A stretch of 64,000 nucleotides of DNA from an uncultured Acidobacteriota bacterium (GCA_963750915.1 CAVVSF010000005.1:298709-362708); one strand, 5' to 3'; shown: positions 19,508 to 30,959, numbered from the stretch's first letter. The notes: generated from the letters alone by a model not told the origin. Program-made: numbers and translations.

Positions 19508-20083
19508 TTAGTAAGCTCTCACATCCGCCGCGTCGACTTCGACGCTGACGGCCTGGCCAATCAGATCGACGGCGAGGACGAGGCGCGCGTGCGCGCCTTT
19601 GCGCACCAGGCGGCCGGTGACGCCTTTCAGCGGGCCGCCGGTCACCTCGACCATCATCCCCTCGCGGATGAGCGCGCACGGGTCGTACTGCAGGTCGCTC
19701 TCGACAAGTCGGCGGATGCCGTCGATCTCCGGTTCCGGGATCGACGCAATCTCGCCGTTGAACGAGACGATGTTGACGACGCCGGTGCACGTCAGGATCG
19801 GCAGCCGTTCCTTCGGGTCGAACCGCGCGAAGCAGTAGCCCGGAAAGAGCGGCCAGTCGACCTTTTTCTTCCGATCCTTCCACCGGCTCCAGCGGGCGAT
19901 CGTCGGCAGGAAGGCCTCGTAGCCCTTGCCGAGAATTTGGTCGCGGACGACTTGTTCGTGCCGGGAACGGGTCCAGATCGCGAACCACGGCGCCGGCGCT
20001 GAGGGATCAGCCAATATTGTTCGTGTCCAGATTGGCGACGTACCGCTCGTACGCCTTCCGCAGCTCCTCGTTCTTCCAGACAA
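19508..20083 (-). CDS. NusG-family paralog (RfaH/UpxY-like transcription antiterminator)
   Basis: NGN domain (WFAIWTRSRHEQVV...LFPGYCFARF) plus KOW (GMMVEVTGGPLKGVTGRLV). The start is uncertain; TTG at 20014 would shorten the overlap with the upstream PPIase gene. Confidence 0.75.
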   Translation of the reverse strand: MSGRTRSCGRRTSGTSPIWTRTILADPSAPAPWFAIWTRSRHEQVVRDQILGKGYEAFLPTIARWSRWKDRKKKVDWPLFPGYCFARFDPKERLPILTCTGVVNIVSFNGEIASIPEPEIDGIRRLVESDLQYDPCALIREGMMVEVTGGPLKGVTGRLVRKGAHARLVLAVDLIGQAVSVEVDAADVRAY

Positions 20084-21092
20084 TGATGGCCTGGCGCCGG
20101 ACGCGATCGAGGAACTTCCGCATTTCCGAGCTGGCGCGCTGCTGGTAGACGCGATCCGCGACGAGGTCGCGGACGCTGTCGAACGATCGGACCCCGGCCG
20201 GCTTCGAGGTTTCGAGCTTCAGGATCTGGTAGCCGCGTGACGATCGCAGCGGCTGGGTGATGTCACCCGGTTTCATCGCTTCGAGCGTCTTCTGCAGATC
20301 CTGCGACAGCTCGGTGGCGGCGATCGGACCGATCAACCCGCCGTTGGCCTTCGACGCCCCGGCCGAAACCTCGCCGGCAACTTTGGCGAAGTCCTCGCCC
20401 GCGGCCAGCCGCGCCCGTACGTCCGCCGCCTTCTTCGCCGCCTCGTCGTCGCGGCCGACGCTGACCATCGGCTTCCCCTGCTGGTTGACGGTCGGCACTT
20501 CGATCAGGATCTCGCGCAGCGTCACCGTTGCCGGTTCGGCGAATTCCTTCTGGTTCACCTGGTAGTACTGCTTCGCCTCTTCCTCGGTGATCTGGAGCTT
20601 GCCGCCGAACTCATCGCGCTGGACTTCCTGCAGCAGGAACTGCCGCTCGACGTTCTTGCGCAGATCGCTGATCGTCATCCCTTCCTGCTTCAGGGCGTCC
20701 AGGAATCGCTTCTCGTCCTCGAGTCCCTGGTCCTTGCGCATCGACGTCAGCCAGCGATTGAACTGCTCGTCATTGAGCTTCATGCCCTTCTCGCGACCGA
20801 GCTGGGTCAGGAGGAGCTCGTCGATGGCGTTGGCGAGGATCTGCGGCGTCACGTCGGCGAGCGCCTTCTTCAGCTGCTCGTCGTTCTTGAGCACTTCGGG
20901 GTTGACCTGCTTCTGTCGCAGCGCGGCAATCTGCCGCTCCTCGAGTTCGCTCTTAGTGATGATGTCGCCGTTCACCTTCACGAGCACCTGCTCGACGACG
21001 ACGACCTGCGATGCCTGGCCGTAAGCCGTCGCGACGGCGCCGAGGGTGAGCGCGCCCGCCAGGCAGAGGCCGGCAATTCTGAGTTTCAGCAT
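20007..21092 (-). CDS. SurA-like periplasmic chaperone / parvulin-type peptidyl-prolyl isomerase
   Basis: Signal peptide, SurA_N-like helical region, and a rotamase block (ASKANGGLIGPIAATELSQDL...). Confidence 0.8.
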   Translation of the reverse strand: MLKLRIAGLCLAGALTLGAVATAYGQASQVVVVEQVLVKVNGDIITKSELEERQIAALRQKQVNPEVLKNDEQLKKALADVTPQILANAIDELLLTQLGREKGMKLNDEQFNRWLTSMRKDQGLEDEKRFLDALKQEGMTISDLRKNVERQFLLQEVQRDEFGGKLQITEEEAKQYYQVNQKEFAEPATVTLREILIEVPTVNQQGKPMVSVGRDDEAAKKAADVRARLAAGEDFAKVAGEVSAGASKANGGLIGPIAATELSQDLQKTLEAMKPGDITQPLRSSRGYQILKLETSKPAGVRSFDSVRDLVADRVYQQRASSEMRKFLDRVRRQAIIVWKNEELRKAYERYVANLDTNNIG

Positions 21093-21127
21093 TTCTGGTT
21101 CACCTAACTATCTTTGAACACAATATT

Positions 21128-24100
21128 TTAGCCGATCCCGTCGGCGCCGCTCAACTGCCGGAGCAAACCCCCGAGCCGGGCGAACAGCCCGCCTTCGGCC
21201 CGCGGATCCTCCTTCGCCGGGCGCAGGATCTGCTCCCGCGAGAAGCCCGCCGACACGTCTCCGGATTTCGCCCGGGCGGCCCACCAGGACCCCTGCGCCA
21301 CCGGGTCGCCCCCCTTCTTCGGCCTGCCAACCGGCGTTTTCGCAACAGGTTGGGGCCGGACCGGCTCGGGGCGCTTCGCCGCCTTTTCCGCCGCCTTCAG
21401 GTTCAGCTTCAGCGTCGCCGGCGGCAGGAGGACGACGTCGCCGCGCTCCTCTATGATCTTGAGCAGCCAGGCGGGATCGAGCTTGGCGTCGGGCCTGAAC
21501 TTTAGGACGACGGTCGGGCCATCCCGGTCGATCGATTCGACACGGATCTGGTCCGCCATCAGGCGAATCGAGGCGAACTCTGCCAGATTGAGGACCGAGT
21601 CGGGCGGTGGACCGTAGCGATCGCGGACCTCGTCCATGATCCGATCGAGCTCTTCCGCCGTCCGCACCGCCGCCACCCGGCGGTAGACGGTCAGGCGCTG
21701 GTTCATGTCCGGGATGTAGGTCTCGTCCACCCGCAGGTCGACCCGCAGGTTGACCGTGGCGCGGAGATCGTCCTCGATCTCCTCGCCCTTCAGTTCCTTT
21801 ATCGTCTGCTCGAGCAGCTTCATGTACATGTCGAAGCCGACGGCTTCGATGTGGCCGCTCTGTTCGCCGCCGAGGAGGTTGCCGGCGCCGCGAATCTCGA
21901 GGTCGAGCGCGGCGACCCTGAAGCCGCTGCCGAGGTCGCTGAACTCACGGATCGCCGCCAGCCGCTTCTTCGCCACCGGCGAGAGCGCTTCTTCCGGCGG
22001 GATCAGCAGGTAGGCGTAGGCCCGGCGATCGGATCGCCCGACGCGGCCGCGCAGCTGATAGAGCTGCGACAGGCCGTAGCGATCGGCGCGATTGACGATG
22101 ATGGTGTTGGCGTTCGAGATGTCGAGGCCGTTCTCGATGATCGTCGTCGCCAGCAGCACGTCGTACTTGTGCGCGACGAAGTCGACCATGACGCGCTCGA
22201 GCTCGTCCTCGCCCATCTGGCCGTGGGCGACCGCCATCCGCACTTCCGGCACCAGCCGCGTGATCAGGTTGCCGAGCGAGTAGATCGACTCGACCCGGTT
22301 GTGGACGAAGTAGATCTGGCCGCCGCGTTCCATCTCGGTCCGGATCGCGCGCGAGATCACCGCCTGGTCGAACTTGACGACGTTGGTCTGGATCGAGAGT
22401 CGATCGCGCGGCGGCGTCTCGATGATCGACATGTCGCGGATGCCCGCCAGCGACATGTTCAAGGTTCGCGGAATCGGCGTCGCCGTCATCGTCAGGACGT
22501 CGACGCGCTTGCGCATCTGCTTGATGCGCTCCTTGTGGGCGACGCCAAAGCGCTGTTCCTCGTCGACGACGAGCAGGCCGAGATCCCGGAAGGCGACGTC
22601 CTTCGACAGCAGCCGGTGGGTGCCGACCACGACTTCGACCTTGCCCGCCGCCAGGTCTTCGAGCACGACCTTCTGCTCCGCCTTGGTGCGGAAGCGGCTC
22701 AGCATCTCGGTCTTCACCGGAAACGCCGCAAAGCGATCCTTGAGCGTCTTGAGATGCTGGAACGCCAGCACGGTCGTCGGCGCGAGGAACGCGACCTGCT
22801 TGCCATCCATCACCGCTTTGAAGGCGGCGCGCATCGCGACTTCGGTCTTACCGTAGCCGACGTCGCCGCAGAGCAGCCGGTCCATCGTCGACGGCGTTTC
22901 CATGTCGCCCTTGATGTCGGCGATCGCGGTCTTCTGATCGACGGTCAGCTCCCACTCGAACGCATCCTCGAATTCCTGCTGCCAGTGCGTGTCGGCCGAG
23001 AAAGCGTGGCCGGGGACGGCCTTGCGGGCGGCGTAGAGCTTCAACAGCTCCTCGGCCATGTCGCGCATCGCTTTCTTGACGCGCGTCTTCGCCTTTTCCC
23101 ATGTCGTGCCGCCGAGGCGGTCGAGCGCCGGGCGGTTGGCGCCGCTGAACTTCTGCACCAGGTCGAGCCGCTCGACCGGGACGAAGAGCTTGTCCTCCGC
23201 GGCGTAGCGGAGCTCCATGAACTCCTGGTGGTCGAGGCCGACCGAGATGCGTTTGAGGCCGACGAACTGACCGATGCCGTGGTCGACGTGGACGACGAGG
23301 TCGCCCGCCTTCAGATCTCTGAAGTCCGACAGGAACGTCCGGGTGGCAGAGCGGCGGCGCTCGTGCACCTTGCGCTCTTCCTCGAAGACGTCGGTCTCGG
23401 CCCAGAGCTGAAGCTGCGCCTCCGGCAGGCGGAAGCCGCGGCTCAGATGACCGACGCCGACCACCACCGCGGCGGCATGGCCATCGGTCGCGCCCTCGGC
23501 CGCAACCGCGAAGATGTCGTAATCGGCGAGCAGCTCGATCGTTCGCTCGGCGCGGCCGGCTGAATGCGCGATGAAGACCATCGTGTCGCCGCGCTCGCGG
23601 CCGCGGCGGATCTCTTCGACCCACTCGGGCACGCGCCCGGAGTACTCGAGCGACGGCTGGCAGGCGATGTGGACCGCGTCCGTATCGCCGAGGGCGAGGC
23701 TCTCGAGCGCGGTCGCGCCCGACAGCCACGAGGCGACGGCATCCCACTCCAGCAGCAGTTCGGACGGCGGCGCCGCGCGCAGTCCTTTCGCGGTTGCTTC
23801 CTGGAAGCTGGCGTCCACCTGGTCGCGCACCTTGCGGCCCTGGGCGTCAACCTCGTCCGGCTCGACGACGAACAGCGACGGCTGGGCCGACGCGACGTAG
23901 TCGGTGATGGTGGAGGAGCGGTCGAGATCCTCGGGATCGCCCGGCAGTTCCTGCAGCGGCGCAATCGCCGCCTGATCCAGTTCCACCGCCGATCGCTGCG
24001 TCGCCGGGTCGTAGGCGCGAATCGATTCGACCGTGTCGCCGACGAACTCGATCCGGATCGGCTGTAGCGCGCCGGCGGGATAGAAATCGACGACGCCGCC

Positions 24101-24658
24101 GCGAACGCAGAACTCGCCTGATTCATCGACCGGATCCTGGCGGGTGTATCCCGCCTCCGCCAGCACGTCGGCGAGCGCCGTCGGCGGAATGTCCAGTCCG
24201 GGCTTGAGGACGAGCGCCGTGCGCAGCAGTCGATCGGGTTGACTCAGCCGCGGCAGGAGCGAAGCGGCGGACGCGATGACGATGCGGGCGTGCCCGGCGG
24301 CGATCGCGTGCAGCGCCCGGGCCCGCGCCGACGTGATGTCGAAGTGCGGTTTCAGGCCGCGGTACGGATCGACTTCCTGCGACGGAAACGGCAGGACCGC
24401 GCGTTCGACCTCGGCGTCCGACACGCCTTCGAGCGCCGCCAGGAAGAAGCGCGCGTCCATCGTCATCCGCTCGACGTGCGCGTCGGTCGGCACGACCAGC
24501 ACCGTCAGGGTCCTGGCCGCGGAAGCGGCAGTCGCCATCGACATTGCCGACGGCGTCAGGCCGGTGATGCGTCGGGCGGGCACACCCATCCCGAGGCGGC
24601 CGGCGGCCGACTTCAGCACTGCGCGAAGCGTCAGGGAACTCGATGTGTAGGAGGACAC
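21128..24658 (-). CDS. mfd: Transcription-repair coupling factor Mfd
   Basis: 1176 aa. CarD-like domain (GDLVVHVDHGIGQF), helicase motifs (LLCGDVGYGKTEVA, DEEQRFG) and a TRCF C-terminus. Confidence 0.95.
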   Translation of the reverse strand: MSSYTSSSLTLRAVLKSAAGRLGMGVPARRITGLTPSAMSMATAASAARTLTVLVVPTDAHVERMTMDARFFLAALEGVSDAEVERAVLPFPSQEVDPYRGLKPHFDITSARARALHAIAAGHARIVIASAASLLPRLSQPDRLLRTALVLKPGLDIPPTALADVLAEAGYTRQDPVDESGEFCVRGGVVDFYPAGALQPIRIEFVGDTVESIRAYDPATQRSAVELDQAAIAPLQELPGDPEDLDRSSTITDYVASAQPSLFVVEPDEVDAQGRKVRDQVDASFQEATAKGLRAAPPSELLLEWDAVASWLSGATALESLALGDTDAVHIACQPSLEYSGRVPEWVEEIRRGRERGDTMVFIAHSAGRAERTIELLADYDIFAVAAEGATDGHAAAVVVGVGHLSRGFRLPEAQLQLWAETDVFEEERKVHERRRSATRTFLSDFRDLKAGDLVVHVDHGIGQFVGLKRISVGLDHQEFMELRYAAEDKLFVPVERLDLVQKFSGANRPALDRLGGTTWEKAKTRVKKAMRDMAEELLKLYAARKAVPGHAFSADTHWQQEFEDAFEWELTVDQKTAIADIKGDMETPSTMDRLLCGDVGYGKTEVAMRAAFKAVMDGKQVAFLAPTTVLAFQHLKTLKDRFAAFPVKTEMLSRFRTKAEQKVVLEDLAAGKVEVVVGTHRLLSKDVAFRDLGLLVVDEEQRFGVAHKERIKQMRKRVDVLTMTATPIPRTLNMSLAGIRDMSIIETPPRDRLSIQTNVVKFDQAVISRAIRTEMERGGQIYFVHNRVESIYSLGNLITRLVPEVRMAVAHGQMGEDELERVMVDFVAHKYDVLLATTIIENGLDISNANTIIVNRADRYGLSQLYQLRGRVGRSDRRAYAYLLIPPEEALSPVAKKRLAAIREFSDLGSGFRVAALDLEIRGAGNLLGGEQSGHIEAVGFDMYMKLLEQTIKELKGEEIEDDLRATVNLRVDLRVDETYIPDMNQRLTVYRRVAAVRTAEELDRIMDEVRDRYGPPPDSVLNLAEFASIRLMADQIRVESIDRDGPTVVLKFRPDAKLDPAWLLKIIEERGDVVLLPPATLKLNLKAAEKAAKRPEPVRPQPVAKTPVGRPKKGGDPVAQGSWWAARAKSGDVSAGFSREQILRPAKEDPRAEGGLFARLGGLLRQLSGADGIG

Positions 24659-24794
24659 TCTCTGTGCGGCCCTCTTCGGAGGCGCGAATCCTTCATTTTA
24701 CCCCGAGGCTGGTCGCGCACCTACGGCTCAGCTTTTGTTCCCGACGGCAAAGGCCTAGACTCGCGATCATCCGGACACCCCCAGGAGGTGTTGC

Positions 24795-24974
24795 ATGGCG
24801 AAAGTGCTGAAGTGCGCTGACCTGATGCCTGGCTGCGACAAGGTGATCGTGGGGAAAGACGCGGATGAAGTCTTCGCGAAGGCGGAAGCGCACGCGCGCA
24901 AGGAACACAACATGACGATCATTCCGCCGAACATCGTCAGTCAGATCGAGGCGGCGATCAAGGAACGGGCCTGA
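24795..24974 (+). CDS. 59-aa DUF1059-like small protein
   Basis: Not in the ORF track. AGGAGG lies 7 nt upstream of the ATG. Product: MAKVLKCADLMPGCDKVIVGKDADEVFAKAEAHARKEHNMTIIPPNIVSQIEAAIKERA. Confidence 0.65.
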   Translation: MAKVLKCADLMPGCDKVIVGKDADEVFAKAEAHARKEHNMTIIPPNIVSQIEAAIKERA

Positions 24975-25000
24975 CCGCGGGCGCCGGCGCTCGAGGCTCG

Positions 25001-25390
25001 TCAGTCCGCTCGCAGCGTGATCGCCGGATCGATCCTGAGGGCGCGTCGCGCCGGCACCCAGGTCGCCAGGAGCGCCGCCGCAATCAGGATGGCCGAGATG
25101 GACAGATAGGTGATGGCGTCGAACGGCGTGAGGCCGTAGAGGAAGCGACGCAGCAGCAGCGCGGCAGCGGACGACAGCAGGAGGCCGGCGCCGAGGCCGA
25201 GGAGCAGCGGTACGCGTGCGCCGCCGATGACCGTCCACACGATCTGCGGCGCCTGAGCACCGAGCGCCATCCGCACACCAATCTCGCGGCGCCGTTCTTC
25301 GACCGCATAGGCGAAGACGCCAAAGGCGCCGACAGTCGCGAGGATCAGCGCGAGCAGACCAACCCCCGATGCGAATCGGCTCGGCCGGGA
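25001..25390 (-). pseudogene. 3'-terminal remnant of an FtsX-family (MacB/ADOP-like) ABC permease gene
   Basis: The frame is open only from a TAG near 25393. It encodes only the last TM helices (GVGLLALILATVGAFGVFAYAVEERRREIGVRMALGA...LRIDPAITLRAD), about 125 aa of a normally 400-800-aa protein. Confidence 0.55.
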
Positions 25391-25402
25391 TGGTCCGGGA
25401 GC

Positions 25403-25900
25403 CTAGCGAGAGAGCCGTCGAATCCGCTCGACGATCGAGGTCGTGGAGTAGCCCTCCTCGACGGGGACGCGGACGACGCGGCCGTTGCGCGCTTCGACGG
25501 TGTCGCGGCCGACGATGCGATCGGCGGCCCAGTCGGCGCCCTTGACCAGGACATCCGGCTGGAGCGCAGCGATGATCTCCGCCGGCGTGTCCTCGTCGAA
25601 GATGACGACGGCATCGACGGCCGCCAGCGCGAGGAGAAGCTCCGCCCGCTCCGCCTGCGGCGTGATCGGCTTGCCCGGGCCCTTGTTGCGGCCGACCGAC
25701 GCGTCGCCGTTCAGCCCGACGATCAGCGCGTCGCCGAGCGTGCGCGCGACCTCCAGATAGCGCACGTGCCCGGGGTGGAGCAGATCGAAGGCGCCGTTGG
25801 TGAAAACCACCGTTTTCGACGCGGCGCGCAGGGCAGCAGCCAGCGCCGCCGCCGCCTCGCGCGAGAGGAGCCGCTCCGTCCCGCCCGCCTCGACCTTCAC
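25403..25900 (-). CDS. D-glycero-beta-D-manno-heptose 1-phosphate adenylyltransferase (RfaE domain II / HldE C-terminal type cytidylyltransferase)
   Basis: [23 protein letters not shown]...GDASV motifs. GTG at 25900 forms a GTGA overlap with the wzt stop. The ATG at 25945 is an alternative start. Confidence 0.8.
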   Translation of the reverse strand: MKVEAGGTERLLSREAAAALAAALRAASKTVVFTNGAFDLLHPGHVRYLEVARTLGDALIVGLNGDASVGRNKGPGKPITPQAERAELLLALAAVDAVVIFDEDTPAEIIAALQPDVLVKGADWAADRIVGRDTVEARNGRVVRVPVEEGYSTTSIVERIRRLSR

Positions 25901-27243
25901 GATTCGTCCGCCCGCGTGAAGCGCATCGACTCCGAGAACTGCCACGTGTGCCGCGGCCTGTAGATGCCGACGTCCTTGGTGCGGGACTTGACGCGGAACG
26001 TGTGCAGCAGCCGGTGATAGTCGTACGGGTAGCCGTCGACCTTGTGCACCGCGACGTCGAGCTTGTAGGTCCCCTCGACGAGGTCGAGGCTCTCAATCGA
26101 GAAGACCGCCTCGGCGTCGCCGAAGATCCGCTGGCCCTTCAGCTCCTCGATCGACGTGTTGGTACCGTAGCAGCAGAGGCCCTCGGCGTTGAAGATGCCG
26201 ACGCCGACGACGAAGTCCTCGATCGCCACCGGCGCGCGCAGCCGCATCCTGACGTCGAGCCGGTCGCCGCTGTGGAAGACGTGGGCGCGCTCGCCGTCAG
26301 GACCGACGAGCGCGACGTCGGTGATCTCGATCTCCCGCGATCCCCAGCGGCCCTCGGTGGCGCGGAACATGTCGACCGGGTTGGTCGCGGTCTCGAGCGG
26401 ATTGTCGGGCAGCACCGCGGCGGCGGGCTCGTCCGGCGAGATCGCTATCGCCGTTTCCTGCGCCCTGGCATCGCCGGCCGCCAGCTGCTCTTCCTCGCTG
26501 GCTTCGACGTCGGTGATATAGGCGCCGACGACCCGCTTCGGATCGCCCATGCCCTTGACCGCGCCACCGTCCATCCACAGCGCCTCGTCGCAGAAGCGCT
26601 CGACCAGGCCGAGCGAGTGGGTGACCAGGAGGATCGTCTTGCCGCGGCGCTTGAACTCGGCGAACTTGTCGAGGCACTTGTGGGTGAAGCCCTCGTCGCC
26701 GACGGCGAGCACTTCGTCGACGAGCAGGACGTCCGGGTCGACGTGGATCGCGACGGCAAAGCCGAGCCGCATGTACATGCCGGAGGAATAGGTCTTCACC
26801 GGCGCGTCGATGAACTCCGCCATCTCGGCGAACTCGACGATCTCGTCGAAACGGCGCGTGATCTCCTTCTTTGTCAGGCCGAGCATGATGCCGTTGATGA
26901 AGACGTTCTCGCGCCCGGAGATCTCGGGATGGAAGCCGGCGCCGAGCTCGATCAGCGCCGAGATCCGCCCGCGCACCACGACCTCGCCGACGCTCGGCTT
27001 GGTGATGCCCGCCACCAGCTTGAGCAGCGTGCTCTTGCCGGATCCGTTGCGTCCGATCACGCCCAGCGTGCGCCCGGCCGGTACCGTGAACGAGACGTTC
27101 CGCACCGCCGGAAACACGTCGTCCGGCTTGAGGTCGCGGATCAGGCTGCCGGACAGCAGCGCGCTCTTCAGCGTCGCGAACTGGCGCCGCCGGTTGTAGC
27201 GCTGGTAGACCTTCGAAACGTCGGTGAGCTGGATGGCGTTCAT
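25897..27243 (-). CDS. ABC polysaccharide/O-antigen exporter ATP-binding protein (Wzt/TagH type) with a C-terminal carbohydrate-binding-like domain
   Basis: Walker [10 protein letters not shown], signature YSSGM, Walker B LLVDEVL, plus a roughly 170-aa beta-rich C-terminal extension. Start taken at [13 protein letters not shown]. Confidence 0.85.
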   Translation of the reverse strand: MNAIQLTDVSKVYQRYNRRRQFATLKSALLSGSLIRDLKPDDVFPAVRNVSFTVPAGRTLGVIGRNGSGKSTLLKLVAGITKPSVGEVVVRGRISALIELGAGFHPEISGRENVFINGIMLGLTKKEITRRFDEIVEFAEMAEFIDAPVKTYSSGMYMRLGFAVAIHVDPDVLLVDEVLAVGDEGFTHKCLDKFAEFKRRGKTILLVTHSLGLVERFCDEALWMDGGAVKGMGDPKRVVGAYITDVEASEEEQLAAGDARAQETAIAISPDEPAAAVLPDNPLETATNPVDMFRATEGRWGSREIEITDVALVGPDGERAHVFHSGDRLDVRMRLRAPVAIEDFVVGVGIFNAEGLCCYGTNTSIEELKGQRIFGDAEAVFSIESLDLVEGTYKLDVAVHKVDGYPYDYHRLLHTFRVKSRTKDVGIYRPRHTWQFSESMRFTRADES

Positions 27244-27251
27244 GGCGTTCC

Positions 27252-27365
27252 GTGCCGGGGCTCGGGGCTCGCGGCTCGGGGCTCGAAAAGCTTCTCGATT
27301 CCGGGCCAACGACTTCGTTCAGGAGGAACTTCGAACCCCGAGCCCCGAGCCCCGAGCCCCGGCAC
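27252..27365. repeat. Long heptamer-periodic hairpin filling the wzm-wzt spacer
   Basis: GTGCCGGGGCTCGGGGCTCGCGGCTCGGGGCTCGAA pairs with TTCGAACCCCGAGCCCCGAGCCCCGAGCCCCGGCAC. Arms are about 36 nt and near-perfect; the loop is about 42 nt. The element ends 8 nt from the wzt ATG and starts directly after the wzm stop. Confidence 0.75.
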
Positions 27366-28199
27366 TTAGACTTCCTCCGCAAACGTGTCCCGCAGCCGGT
27401 CGAACACGAAGTAGCCGAACAGGAAGAAGACGATGGAGATCGCGCCGAGCACGAGCAGCCAGAACGCGTGGCCGACCGGCCCGTTGAAGTAGAGGATCTC
27501 CTGGTATGTGATCGCGAGGTGCGTGAAGGGGTTGAGGTTCAGGTAGCGCATCACCCCGGGGTTGAGCTTGAGGATGTCCTGGTACGAGTAGATGATCGGC
27601 GTCGCGAAAAACCAGAACGTCACCAGGTTCGAGAGGATATCGCGCAGGTCGCGGAAGTGCACGGTCAGCGCCGAGAGAATCAGCGCGAAGCCGAGCGTCA
27701 GGATCAACTGGATCAGCACGACGACGGGAAACCAGGCCAGCTCGTTCAGGTGCAGCGGTATCCCGGTATAGAGGATGAACCCGAGCAGGATCGGCAGCCC
27801 GAGGAAGAAGTGCACCATGTTGGCGAGCACGGTGACGATCGGCAGGACCTCGGCGGGGAAGAGCACCTTCTTGATGAGGTTGCCGCCGGAAATCAGGACG
27901 CCGGACGACTCGAGCAGCGACGACGAGAACCACGTCCACGGCAGGATGCCGCAGAACATGAAGACCTCGTAGTGCGGCAGGCTCTCGCCCCCGCGCGGCA
28001 GGAAGTACTTGAAGACGAACGAATAGATCAGCAGCAGGAGCAGCGGGTTGACGAACGACCAGAAGAACCCGAGAACGGATCCGCGGTACCGTGCTTTGAG
28101 CTCGCGTGCGACCAGGCTTTGAATCAGGCCGCGGTAGCGCGTCAGGCGCGCCAGGTTATGGAACATCGACCTCGGCGGCGCCGTCGGCGCGGCGGTCAA
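27366..28199 (-). CDS. ABC-2 type polysaccharide exporter permease (Wzm/TagG type)
   Basis: Six-TM ABC2_membrane pattern (LKARYRGSVLGFFWSFVNPLL...). An alternative start lies at 28166. Confidence 0.85.
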   Translation of the reverse strand: MTAAPTAPPRSMFHNLARLTRYRGLIQSLVARELKARYRGSVLGFFWSFVNPLLLLLIYSFVFKYFLPRGGESLPHYEVFMFCGILPWTWFSSSLLESSGVLISGGNLIKKVLFPAEVLPIVTVLANMVHFFLGLPILLGFILYTGIPLHLNELAWFPVVVLIQLILTLGFALILSALTVHFRDLRDILSNLVTFWFFATPIIYSYQDILKLNPGVMRYLNLNPFTHLAITYQEILYFNGPVGHAFWLLVLGAISIVFFLFGYFVFDRLRDTFAEEV

Positions 28200-28974
28200 A
28201 CTCGAGCACGAGCGCGGTGATGTTGTCGGGGCCGCCGCCGGCGTTGGCGGCGTCGATGAGCGCGCCGCAGATGTCCTGCAATGAGCGCGAGGTGTCGCCG
28301 AGGATCTCGGCGATCTGGCTGTCGGTGACGATAGCGAACAGCCCGTCCGAGCAGAGCAGATAGCGATCGCCGGGACTCGGCTGGACCTCGGTGACGTCGA
28401 CTTCCGGATCCTCGCCGCCCGACAGCGCCCGCGTCACGACGTTGCGCCACGGGTGCTGCCGCGCCGCGCTCGGGCTCATCGTCCCGGCCCGGACCTGCTC
28501 CTCGACCCACGAATGGTCGTGCGTCAACTGCTGCAGGCTGCCGTCGCGGAGGCAATAGACGCGGCTGTCGCCGACGTGGGCGACGCACCCGCTCCGGTTG
28601 CCGGTCAGGATCGCCGAAGCAGTCGTCGCCATGCCGCGCAGGTCGTTGACCTCGGCGATCTTCGACGCGATCTTGCGGTTGGCGAGCTTGAAGGCCGCCT
28701 TCAGGCGATTGGCTTCCAGGCTGAGCGAGGGTTCGAACGGGAACGGCCAGGTCCGGTTGCGGTCGGCGTGGGCGGTCTCGGCGATGAAGGACTGAATCGC
28801 GTCGACGGCAACGCTGGACGCGACTTCGCCAGCGACGTGGCCGCCCATGCCGTCGGCGACGACAAAGAGGCCGATGTCGGCGCGCTCGCAGTGACTGTCT
28901 TCGTTGCTGGTCCGACGCAGGCCCTTGTCAGTGACGACGGCCCACTTGAACGACAGCGACGGCGTTTGGCTCAT
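28156..28974 (-). CDS. PP2C-family Ser/Thr protein phosphatase (Stp1/PrpC-like)
   Basis: TDKGLRRTSNEDS, VADGMGGH, LLCSDGL and GGPDNITALV motifs. Confidence 0.88.
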   Translation of the reverse strand: MSQTPSLSFKWAVVTDKGLRRTSNEDSHCERADIGLFVVADGMGGHVAGEVASSVAVDAIQSFIAETAHADRNRTWPFPFEPSLSLEANRLKAAFKLANRKIASKIAEVNDLRGMATTASAILTGNRSGCVAHVGDSRVYCLRDGSLQQLTHDHSWVEEQVRAGTMSPSAARQHPWRNVVTRALSGGEDPEVDVTEVQPSPGDRYLLCSDGLFAIVTDSQIAEILGDTSRSLQDICGALIDAANAGGGPDNITALVLEFDRRADGAAEVDVP

Positions 28975-28987
28975 GGCCGGCGCGCCC

Positions 28988-29439
28988 TCAGCCCTGTGCC
29001 TTTACCTGTCCGCGCCCGCCCGGGTTGACACCGATCCGCGACGCGACCTGCAGGCGATTGATTGCCTTGGACCGCGCCTTCCGCGCCTGCTCGACCTCCG
29101 GCTCGTGGCCGCCGCGAGGAATCCGCTCCTCGGCGCGCGCCAGCTCCGCTTCGGCACGGGCGACGTCGATGTCCTCGGCCCGCTCGGCGAGCTCGGCGAG
29201 GATAGTGACGCTCTCGCCAAGCACTTCAGCAAAGCCGAACGCGATCGCGACGTAGCGTTTCTCCGCTCCCTTGCGATACCACAGCTCGCCGATCCCGAGC
29301 GCGACGAGGTACGGGCTGTGTCCCGGCAGGACACCGAAGTAGCCCTCGGAGCCGGGGACCTCCACCTCGTCGACGCGCTCGCGGACGACGAGCTTGTCCG
29401 GCGTGACGATCTGCAGATCGATGTGGGTCGGTAGCGCCA

Positions 29440-29440
<1 letters not shown>
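28988..29440 (-). CDS. atpC: F0F1 ATP synthase subunit epsilon
   Basis: LQIVTPDKLV...VPGSEGYFGVLPGHSPYL followed by a helical C-terminus. Directly follows atpD. Confidence 0.9.
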
Positions 29441-30885
<1,445 letters not shown>

Positions 30886-30959
30886 TTAGTGACTTTCTCT
30901 CTGCATTACTCTATGCGCGGGCTGGCTCGGCGCTCCCTGAGCCCTGAGCCCGCGCCTGT

